Shown here: one piece after another, positions 45,845-53,822 of the stretch
Numbering within the stretch: the stretch's first letter is position 1
Layout: each line of letters opens with the position of its first letter
Source of the DNA: Bacillota bacterium
GTDB taxonomy: Bacteria; Bacillota; Clostridia; Christensenellales; SZUA-584
Reading direction: 5' to 3'
NCBI GenBank assembly: GCA_023410595.1
Contig: JAEYPO010000001.1
Coordinates: 192,051 to 256,050, forward strand
DNA: 64,000 bases
Notes under the pieces: model-generated
What the model was told of the DNA's origin: nothing
Seen by the model: the letters and a program-made list of their open reading frames with translations, nothing else
Databases searched by the model: none
Made by a program: the position numbers and the translations under genes

Positions 45845-45949
45845 CGCGCATAAGACCGGCCAGTCCGGCCTTTTTATGTCTTGCCCCTGATATGCCGCGA
45901 TACATTACTGGCGGGAAAGTCTTATATGTGCACGTTTTAGACGCACTGC

Positions 45950-45979
45950 TTGCAAAGGCTTTATCTTTTTAAGTATACT
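45950..45979 (+). promoter_or_regulatory. Candidate sigma-A promoter for the U32 peptidase operon
   Basis: TTGCAA (45950-45955), 18-nt spacer, TATACT (45974-45979), 22 nt upstream of ATG 46001. Confidence 0.4.
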
Positions 45980-46000
45980 GTATAAAAAAACAGGTGACGA

Positions 46001-48259
46001 ATGGAACAGACAGAACTGCTTTCTCCCGCGGGAAGCCTGCAGTCGGTATACAAGGCTGTGCAAAACGGCGCCGATGCCGTCTATTTCGGAGGCAAGGCGT
46101 TCGGGGCGCGGGCTTTTGCCGCCAATCTCGATTACGACGAGATGAAAAAGGCGATAGACTACGCCCACACATACGGCGCGAGGGTTTACGTTACCGTCAA
46201 TACGCTCATATACGAGGACGAAATGGCGGACGTTTTAAAGCACGTGGAAACGGTATACAAGCTCGGCGCCGACGCTCTTATCATGCAGGACATAGGCATG
46301 ATGACGCAGGTGAAGCATCGTTTTCCTGATATAGAGATACACGCGAGCACGCAGACACATAATCACAACGACGCATGCCTGTACTTTGTCTCGGAGGCCG
46401 GGGCCGTGCGCGCGGTGCTTGCGCGCGAGATGAGCCAAGAGCAGATAAAGAGCCTTACATGCGCCATTGAAAAAGAAGTGTTCGTACATGGCGCGCTCTG
46501 CGTCTGCTATTCGGGGCAGTGCCTCATGAGCGCTCTTAAAAAGGGAAGGAGCGGCAACCGCGGCGAGTGCGCCCAGTGCTGCCGCATGCGCTATAAGCTC
46601 GTGCGCGAGGGGGAGTATGTGAGGCAAAAAGGGGAATACCTTTTAAGCCCCAAAGACCTCGCGCTCTTTGAAGACATAGCGCTGCCCATAGAAGCGGGAG
46701 TTACGAGTTTTAAGATAGAAGGCAGGATGAAGCCGCCCGAGTATGTTGCGCAGGTTACGCGCGTTTATGCAAAAATACTCGAAAACTACCGCAAGGGTGA
46801 GCCGCTGAGTCCGAGCCGAGGGGATATAGAAAAGCTAAATAAGCTGTTTAACCGCGGCTTTACGAAGGGACATCTTTTCTCAAAGCGCGGGGAAGAGCTG
46901 ATGGGCATACTGCGTCCGAACCACAGGGGCGTACCCATAGGGAAGGTGGTTTCCATCGGCCGCGACAGTATAAGCATAAGGCTTACGGGGCGGCTTAATC
47001 AGGGCGACGGCATAAAGTTCGATAAGAGCGACACGGGCTTTATCTGCAACAGAATATTCAAAAACGGCAGGCTCACAGGCGCTGCCGACGCGGGCGACGT
47101 TGTTGAGCTTGATAACAAAGCGCGCGCACAGGCGGGCGAGCCGGTAGTCAAAACGAGCGATACGCTGCTTATAAAAGAGCTGCTCGAAGCACAGGATAGG
47201 CGGAAAGTAACGATAAGCGGCAAGCTTACCGCAAAGCCAGGCGAGCCTTTGTTCCTTGAGATAACCGACCCCGAAGGCCGCCGTGTTTCAGCGCGCGGCG
47301 ACGTCGTGCAGCAAAGCAGGACGAGCCCCACAACATGCGGCGATATAGAGGAGAGCATAAGAAAGCTGGGCGGAACGCCGTATGAGCTGGGCGGCTTGAG
47401 CGTTGACTGCGCAGATGGCATATTCGTCGCAAAAAGCAGTCTTAACGCGCTGCGGCGCGAAGCGGTAGAAAAGCTCACCAAAGCCCGAACAAGCGTGCCT
47501 GAGCGCAGGATTTTCACTTATACGCCTGAGCCCGTGAAACATGAAGCTTGTACGGTGAGTCCGCTGCTGCATGTACTTGCACGTACTGAAGAGCAATTCG
47601 AGGCGGTAAAGGACATGCCCTCAGGCGATATATACGTAACGGATAAGCAACTGTATTTCAGGAAAAAGGACAAGTACAAAAACCTGCGGCTCAGGACGGA
47701 CAGGCTCGCGAAGCAAACGGAGCCTTTTTCGGGCGAACGTCTGCTGGTAACAGACTTTGGGGGAATATACGCGTACCGCGGCGGCAACGATATCGTGCTC
47801 GACTGCTCCGTCTACGCGCTCAACTCATATGCGCTTTCACATTTAGCCAGGTTCGCGGGGCGGATCGCGATTTCCCCCGAGCTTAGCATAAAGCAGACTG
47901 AGGCGATGATCGAAGGCTATAAGTATTTGAACGGACATATGCCGAGCGTCGAGGCGCTCGCTTACGCGAGGCACGAGCTTATGGCGATGCAGCACTGCGT
48001 TATTTCGGGCAAAGCGCATTGCGGCCTGTGCAAAAGCGAAAGCTATTATCTGGAGGACCTCGCGGGCGAGAGATTTCCTGTTGCGGCGGACGGTAACTGC
48101 AACAACTATATCTTAAACAGCAGCGTAACGGAAACGGACTTAGAAGCGCTTTACGCTATTGGCGTGCGGCACTTCGGGGTCGAGCTTTCGCTTGAAAACG
48201 CCGCCCAAAGCCGCGAGATCGTGCAAAAGTATCAGGGGCGCATAAAGGAGCTAAAGTGA
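46001..48259 (+). CDS. U32 family peptidase / PrtC-like protein (long form with C-terminal DUF3656-like region)
   Basis: N-terminus ELLSPAGSLQSVYKAVQNGADAVYFGG..FGARAFA and the E.FVHGALCVCYSGQCLMS signature of peptidase U32. Confidence 0.9.
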   Translation: MEQTELLSPAGSLQSVYKAVQNGADAVYFGGKAFGARAFAANLDYDEMKKAIDYAHTYGARVYVTVNTLIYEDEMADVLKHVETVYKLGADALIMQDIGMMTQVKHRFPDIEIHASTQTHNHNDACLYFVSEAGAVRAVLAREMSQEQIKSLTCAIEKEVFVHGALCVCYSGQCLMSALKKGRSGNRGECAQCCRMRYKLVREGEYVRQKGEYLLSPKDLALFEDIALPIEAGVTSFKIEGRMKPPEYVAQVTRVYAKILENYRKGEPLSPSRGDIEKLNKLFNRGFTKGHLFSKRGEELMGILRPNHRGVPIGKVVSIGRDSISIRLTGRLNQGDGIKFDKSDTGFICNRIFKNGRLTGAADAGDVVELDNKARAQAGEPVVKTSDTLLIKELLEAQDRRKVTISGKLTAKPGEPLFLEITDPEGRRVSARGDVVQQSRTSPTTCGDIEESIRKLGGTPYELGGLSVDCADGIFVAKSSLNALRREAVEKLTKARTSVPERRIFTYTPEPVKHEACTVSPLLHVLARTEEQFEAVKDMPSGDIYVTDKQLYFRKKDKYKNLRLRTDRLAKQTEPFSGERLLVTDFGGIYAYRGGNDIVLDCSVYALNSYALSHLARFAGRIAISPELSIKQTEAMIEGYKYLNGHMPSVEALAYARHELMAMQHCVISGKAHCGLCKSESYYLEDLAGERFPVAADGNCNNYILNSSVTETDLEALYAIGVRHFGVELSLENAAQSREIVQKYQGRIKELK

Positions 48260-48750
48260 TTATACACTCATTCGCACCGATAGCGGACAAAAATTGCCGC
48301 GTGCTCATACTTGGTTCCGTGCCCAGTGAAACGTCGCTACGCAAGCGGCAGTATTACGGCCATGAGCGCAACGGCTTCTGGCGCGTCGTATATGCGCTGT
48401 TCGGCGAGGAATATGACGAAGATTATGAAAACCGCACGCGTTTCCTGCTTAGGCATAATATAGCGCTGTGGGACGTGATAGAGAGCTGCGAGCGTGAAGG
48501 CAGCCTTGACTCGCATATAAAAAACCCGGCCATAAACAACTTTCAAAGCTTTTTTAAAGAGCACCCCGGCATAATGCACGTGTTCTTTAACGGCCGCAAA
48601 GCGTATGACCTTTTCAAGAGGCATACAAAGCACGCGTTTCCGGGCGTCGCCTTTACATACCTTACGTCCACAAGCCCCGCCAACGCCATAAGCTTTGAGA
48701 AAAAACTGAACGACTGGCGCAAAGTACCCGAGGCGCTTAATAAGCCGTGA
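48256..48750 (+). CDS. DNA-deoxyinosine (hypoxanthine) glycosylase, UDG superfamily
   Basis: IHSFAPIADKNCRVLILGSVPSETSLRKRQYYGHERNGFWRVVYALF matches the TIGR04274-type family as I recall it. The GTG start overlaps the U32 stop (GTGA), and an RBS AAAGGAG is present. Confidence 0.75.
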   Translation: MIIHSFAPIADKNCRVLILGSVPSETSLRKRQYYGHERNGFWRVVYALFGEEYDEDYENRTRFLLRHNIALWDVIESCEREGSLDSHIKNPAINNFQSFFKEHPGIMHVFFNGRKAYDLFKRHTKHAFPGVAFTYLTSTSPANAISFEKKLNDWRKVPEALNKP

Positions 48751-48784
48751 GGCTTGATGGGGCATAATATCGAAGGAGGCAATC

Positions 48785-50029
48785 ATGGAGCGGTTTGACA
48801 ACTTATATAATGCTGCGGTAAACGCCGCGGTCAACGATGACTTAAGCGCGCTGTTCAATAGGCAAAGCGGCTGCGACGAGCACAATCTCGACTGCCTGCT
48901 GCGTCCGAAAAGCTATCCTCCCGTCGTCCGCCTCGGAAGGTGCACGTGCGAAGAGGACGGAAGCAAGGCGTGTGAAAACGTGTGCTTCTATAACGCGCTC
49001 TCGCGTGACGAGCAGGGTAACGTCGTCGTCTCGGCAAAGGACTGCGTCGGCTGCGGCGAGTGCATAGCGAGCTGTGAAAAAGGCAACCTTACCGACATCA
49101 GAGAAGTCGTGCCTATATTTGAACTCATCAACTCGGGCGCGCCCGTTTACGCTCTCATCGCCCCGGCTTTTCTAAGCCAGTTCAGCCCCCAAATGACGCC
49201 CGGAAAGCTGCGCAACGCTTTTAAAGCGCTTGGTTTCGCTGGCATGATAGAGGTCGCGCTGTTTGCGGACATACTGACTCTTAAAGAGGCGCTCGAGTTT
49301 AACGAGGCCGTTGTCAAAAAGGAAGATTTTATACTGACGAGCTGCTGCTGTCCGATGTGGGTGGGTATGATAAGAAAGGTATACGGCCTGCTCGCGCCGC
49401 ATATGCCTCCTTCCGTGTCGCCCATGGTAGCGAGTGGGCGTGCTATAAAGAAGCTGTATCCCGAGGCGAAGACAGTGTTTATAGGCCCGTGCATAGCTAA
49501 AAAAGCAGAGGCGAGGCAGCCGGACATAGAGGACGCGGTAGACTTCGTGCTGACTTTTCAGGAAACGGACGATATATTCCGCGCGGCGGGCATATACCCC
49601 GAAGCGCTGGAGGAAGACCTGCGCGACCATTCCTCGGCCGCAGGCAGGATATACGCCCGTACGGGCGGCGTAAGCAAGGCCGTTGAGGACACTGTGGAAC
49701 GGCTGTTTCCCGAAAGGTATATAAAGGTGAAAGCAATGCAGGCGGACGGAGTGTCCGCGTGTAAAGCGCTGCTTAAAGAGGTAATGGACGGTAAAATAGA
49801 CGCAAACTTCATAGAAGGCATGGGCTGCCCCGGCGGCTGCGTGGGAGGTCCAAAAGCGCTGATTGACAGGAAAGAGGGCGCAAAGCATGTGAATTCTTAC
49901 GCCTCCGAGGCAGAAATAAAGACGCCAGCCGACAACCCGTTCGTGCTGGAAATGCTTGCAAGGCTGGGTTTTGATACTATAGAAAGCCTTAAATCCGGGC
50001 ATAATATGTTTACTAGGGATTTCAAATAA
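48785..50029 (+). CDS. [FeFe]-hydrogenase-like protein (ferredoxin-type N-terminus plus Fe_hyd_lg_C H-cluster domain)
   Basis: CVGCGECIASCEKG 4Fe-4S motif. H-cluster-type motifs TSCCCPMW, GPCIAKKAE and EGMGCPGGCVGGP. Confidence 0.8.
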   Translation: MERFDNLYNAAVNAAVNDDLSALFNRQSGCDEHNLDCLLRPKSYPPVVRLGRCTCEEDGSKACENVCFYNALSRDEQGNVVVSAKDCVGCGECIASCEKGNLTDIREVVPIFELINSGAPVYALIAPAFLSQFSPQMTPGKLRNAFKALGFAGMIEVALFADILTLKEALEFNEAVVKKEDFILTSCCCPMWVGMIRKVYGLLAPHMPPSVSPMVASGRAIKKLYPEAKTVFIGPCIAKKAEARQPDIEDAVDFVLTFQETDDIFRAAGIYPEALEEDLRDHSSAAGRIYARTGGVSKAVEDTVERLFPERYIKVKAMQADGVSACKALLKEVMDGKIDANFIEGMGCPGGCVGGPKALIDRKEGAKHVNSYASEAEIKTPADNPFVLEMLARLGFDTIESLKSGHNMFTRDFK

Positions 50030-50056
50030 TACTGAAACAATCTTTGCGGAGCGCTT

Positions 50057-51211
50057 ATGCCTAACGTGATCGGACAATTCAATGACTCGTTTGCACCGAT
50101 CGCGGACGGCGTGGGCAACGTCGTAAAAAACTACGCGTATTGGCTTATAAAGAAACAGTATAGCGACTGCTATGTAGTAACGCCGGGCTTTCCAGGTTAT
50201 ATTGACAACGAGGAATTCAAGGTAATAAGATACCGCTCGCTGCCCGTGCCGCTGCGCTACCCCTACAGGGCGGGCATGGCGTTTTTTGATCTGCCTCTGA
50301 AGAATAAATTGAAGAGTATAAAGTTTGATCTCATACACGCCCACAGCCCGTTCAGTTCGGGAAGGCTCGCCTTAAGCATAGCCCGCAGGCAGGGCATACC
50401 CATTGTAGCTACGTTCCATTCCAAATATTACGACGACTTCAAGGAAGCGGTGAAAAGCGCGGCCGCGGCAAAGCTGCTGCTCAAATATGTGATGTCGTTC
50501 TTTGGCAGCGTCGACTGCGTGTGGACGGTTAGCAAATCCGCCGTGGAGACGCTGAGAGAATACGGCTTTACAGGATGCGTGGAAGTCGTGGGAAACGGCA
50601 CGGATTTCTTAGGAGAGGAAATAAGCGAAGAAAGCCGATGCGGCGACGGGAGCTTAAGGCTTCTCTATGTAGGCCAGCAGGTGTGGCATAAGAATATAAA
50701 GCTTATGGTGCTCGCGCTCAAGATGCTCAAGGATTCAGGATTAAGGTTTAAGATGACGATGGTGGGAGAGGGCAGCGCGCAGCAGTCGATAAAGAGGCTT
50801 GTACAGCGCATGGAACTTGCGGACGACTTCACGTTTACGGGAAAAATAAAAGACAGGGATAAGATAAGGGCTGTATATGCGACCACAGACCTCAACCTGC
50901 TTCCTTCCGTTTACGACACATTTTCGCTTGTTGTAAGGGAAGCTGCGGCGTTCGGATGCCCGTCGCTCGTGATAAAAGGCTCCTGCGCCGCCGAGTGCAT
51001 AGAGGACGGCTGCAACGGTTTCCTTTCGGACAACGACGCAGCCGCGTTCGCTTCGCGCATACAGAAAGCCGCCTCCGATTTAAAGCTGCTGCGCGCTGCG
51101 GGAGCAAAAGCGAGAAGCACGCTATATAGATCGTGGGAAGACGTTGTGGACGAGGTAGCGCTGCGGTATACAGGCATAATAAGAGAGCAAAAGCCGCGCC
51201 GGATTCACTGA
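50057..51211 (+). CDS. Glycosyltransferase family 4 (glycolipid-synthase-like, Glyco_trans_4 plus Glycos_transf_1)
   Basis: N-terminus FNDSFAPIADGVGNVVKNY, IHAHSPFSSG, the C-terminal motif FSLVVREAAAFGCP, and the EX7E region. Confidence 0.85.
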   Translation: MPNVIGQFNDSFAPIADGVGNVVKNYAYWLIKKQYSDCYVVTPGFPGYIDNEEFKVIRYRSLPVPLRYPYRAGMAFFDLPLKNKLKSIKFDLIHAHSPFSSGRLALSIARRQGIPIVATFHSKYYDDFKEAVKSAAAAKLLLKYVMSFFGSVDCVWTVSKSAVETLREYGFTGCVEVVGNGTDFLGEEISEESRCGDGSLRLLYVGQQVWHKNIKLMVLALKMLKDSGLRFKMTMVGEGSAQQSIKRLVQRMELADDFTFTGKIKDRDKIRAVYATTDLNLLPSVYDTFSLVVREAAAFGCPSLVIKGSCAAECIEDGCNGFLSDNDAAAFASRIQKAASDLKLLRAAGAKARSTLYRSWEDVVDEVALRYTGIIREQKPRRIH

Positions 51212-51288
51212 TAATTTGAAAGCCGCGCCGTGACTTTTTTTTATTTTACGGGCAACAATAAACGTAGACTGGTTTCAAGGAGTAAGAC

Positions 51289-52797
51289 ATGGAAGAACGT
51301 TTATCATATTGGATGGATACCGCGAGCGCGCCGAAGTTTCCAAAACTCAGCGGAGACACCTCCTGCGACGTAGTGGTCGTGGGAGCGGGGCTCACGGGCA
51401 TAACGACGGCGCTGCTGCTCGCAAAGGCGGGCGCGGACGTTGCCGTCATAGAAGCCTCGCGGGTCGGCTCGGGCACGAGCGGATATACGACGGGCAAGGT
51501 CACGATACAGCACGGCCTGAAATATCAGAAGCTGCCCGAAAGCAAGAAGGACGCGTACGCACGCGCCAACGACGCCGGGCTTAAAAGAATGGCTGATTTC
51601 GTCGCCGAATACAACATCGACTGCGGCTTTGTATGGCTGCCGGCCTACGTTTACACCCGCGACGAAAACGACATACATCTTCTTGAAAAGGAACTAAAGG
51701 AGTACGAGAAGCTGGGCATAAACGGCCACATCACCGACGCCGCGCCGCTGCCGTTTAAAACCGCTGCGCTCGCTATGGAAAACCAGGCGCAGTTCCATCC
51801 GCTAAAATACCTGTACGCGCTTGCAAATGAATTCGTAAAGAAAGGCGGCAGGATATTCGAGCACACCAAGGTCAAGGACTACCAGAGGAAGGACAGCAAT
51901 ATAATACACACCGAAAATGGAGACGTGAGCGCAAAGACGGCCGTGTTCGCCACTAATTACCCGCTGGTGGATTTCCCCGGATTGTTTTTCATAAAGCTGC
52001 ATCAGGAACGCACATACGCTGTCTGTACGAGCGCGAACGGCGTGGATGTGGCGGGCATGTATATTAACATACACGCCCCGACAAATTCAATCAGGATGCA
52101 TTATTCGGACGCCAACCAACTGCTGCTCGTCGGCCACGGCCACAGGACGGCAAAGGAGGACGAGGACGACACGAGCTACGAGCATTTAAAAGACTTCCTG
52201 CACGCCGACTTCAAAGCTGCGGCCCCTGAACCCTCTTATATGTGGTCCGCTCAGGACTGCTTTACGCTGGACGGCATGCCGTACATAGGCGCGATATTCA
52301 ACAAGAACCCAAATGTGTACGTAGCGACAGGCTATGAGAAGTGGGGCATGACCAACTCCGCGGCCGCGGCGATGATGCTCTCTGATTATATATCGGGCAC
52401 GAACTTCATAGAGCACGAGGTTAGGGAGAAGTTCGACCCGATAAGGTTTACGCCCGGAGCTTCAGCGAAGGAGTTCTTCTCGCATATGGGCACAGTGGTC
52501 AAAGCGTTTACGCTCGATAACGCGCTCATACCCACCGGCAGCTACGACGATGTGGAAGCGGGCAAAGGGGCGGTGCTGCGGGTCGGTGGCAAGGCTCAGG
52601 CCATATACAAGTCTAAAGACGGCAAAATAAGCGCTTTTAAGGCACACTGCACGCACTTGGGCTGCCCGCTGGAATACAACGAGGCGGAAAACTCGTTTGA
52701 CTGCGTATGCCACGGCTCGCGTTTTTCGATGGACGGGGAGGTGCTGGACGGCCCGGCGAAGGACCCGATGGAGAAGATAGAGGAGGAGCGCGATTAG
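51289..52797 (+). CDS. FAD-dependent oxidoreductase with C-terminal Rieske [2Fe-2S] domain (YhfW-like)
   Basis: Dinucleotide-binding motif DVVVVGAGLTGITTA. C-terminal Rieske ligands CTHLGCPL...CVCHGSRF. Confidence 0.85.
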   Translation: MEERLSYWMDTASAPKFPKLSGDTSCDVVVVGAGLTGITTALLLAKAGADVAVIEASRVGSGTSGYTTGKVTIQHGLKYQKLPESKKDAYARANDAGLKRMADFVAEYNIDCGFVWLPAYVYTRDENDIHLLEKELKEYEKLGINGHITDAAPLPFKTAALAMENQAQFHPLKYLYALANEFVKKGGRIFEHTKVKDYQRKDSNIIHTENGDVSAKTAVFATNYPLVDFPGLFFIKLHQERTYAVCTSANGVDVAGMYINIHAPTNSIRMHYSDANQLLLVGHGHRTAKEDEDDTSYEHLKDFLHADFKAAAPEPSYMWSAQDCFTLDGMPYIGAIFNKNPNVYVATGYEKWGMTNSAAAAMMLSDYISGTNFIEHEVREKFDPIRFTPGASAKEFFSHMGTVVKAFTLDNALIPTGSYDDVEAGKGAVLRVGGKAQAIYKSKDGKISAFKAHCTHLGCPLEYNEAENSFDCVCHGSRFSMDGEVLDGPAKDPMEKIEEERD

Positions 52798-53771
52798 TGG
52801 GTCATCGCCTGCTGCCGCGCAGCCCCGCTTTATATCACGGGAAAGAGTCGAGCAGGCCTTACTTTGAGGGCTGGTTCTTTAAGCAGTCCTTGGACGGGCA
52901 AAGCTGTGCCGTCATACCAGGCGTGTTCCGCGGCAAAAGCTCCGGTGGCGATATCGCCTTCATACAGGTGCTGCTGAGCAATCCGGTGCAGAGCTTTTTT
53001 GTGCGCTGCCCGTTTGACGCTTTTTCGTTCGAGCAAAAGAGGTTCGGCATACGCATAGCCGGTAATTATTTTTCGCTGGAAGGGGTTTCGCTTAATATCC
53101 GCGATATAGGACTGAAAGGCGAGCTTCAATTCACCGGCATATCCCCTTTGAAAACAACGCTGCTCTCTCCTTCCATTATGGGGCCGTTTTCGTATATACC
53201 GTTTATGCAGTGCAGCCATGGCGTTTTGAGCCTTGGACACGGCGTCAGCGGATATATAAGCCTCGGCGGCAGGCGCTTAGTATTTGACAACGCGGACGGT
53301 TATATCGAGAAGGATTGGGGAGGGGCGTTCCCGAATAGCTGGATATGGATGCAGTGCGGCGACAAACAAAGCGCGCTGATGTGCTCGATAGCGCATATAC
53401 CTTACGGCGCGATAAAGTTTACCGGCCTCATCTGCGTTCTGCGAACAAACGAAAAGCAATACAGGTTCGCGACGTACAACGGAGCAAAGTTAGATTTGGT
53501 TAACATTGGAAAAGAAAGCGTAGAAGTACGCCTCAGACGCAAAGACTTAACGCTTCAAATAGCCGCGGCAAACAGCGAGTTCGGCAGCCTCAAAGCGCCC
53601 ACCCAAAGCGGCATGGACAGAGTGATATCAGAAAGCCTTAGCGCGAGATATCAAGTTAAGCTCTATAAAGAATGTAACGAAATATTCTCCGGCAGCTATG
53701 AAAACGGCGGGCTGGAGATTTCAGACGCTAAAGAGCTGGTAATGAACGATAAGTATAAACAATACAAATAA
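52797..53771 (+). CDS. Tocopherol cyclase family protein (VTE1-like)
   Basis: PYFEGWFFKQS and YIEKDWGGAFPNSWIWMQC match hallmark tocopherol-cyclase motifs (FEGWYFK; EKNWG..FP.KWFW.QCN). GTG 52797 overlaps the upstream TAG by 1 nt, and an RBS GAGGAGGAG lies 7 nt upstream. Confidence 0.75.
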   Translation: MGHRLLPRSPALYHGKESSRPYFEGWFFKQSLDGQSCAVIPGVFRGKSSGGDIAFIQVLLSNPVQSFFVRCPFDAFSFEQKRFGIRIAGNYFSLEGVSLNIRDIGLKGELQFTGISPLKTTLLSPSIMGPFSYIPFMQCSHGVLSLGHGVSGYISLGGRRLVFDNADGYIEKDWGGAFPNSWIWMQCGDKQSALMCSIAHIPYGAIKFTGLICVLRTNEKQYRFATYNGAKLDLVNIGKESVEVRLRRKDLTLQIAAANSEFGSLKAPTQSGMDRVISESLSARYQVKLYKECNEIFSGSYENGGLEISDAKELVMNDKYKQYK

Positions 53772-53822
53772 ACAGGAAGCCCGCTCAATTTGGCGGGCCA
53801 CATGCTGTTTCATAGTAAAATG

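Noticed and set aside
51190-51230. Direct repeat AAAGCCGCGCCG at 51190-51201 and 51219-51230 at the end of the GT4 gene
   Set aside because: It is 12 nt long and GC-rich. It is probably part of a terminator region preceding a T9 run and is too short to call a repeat element.
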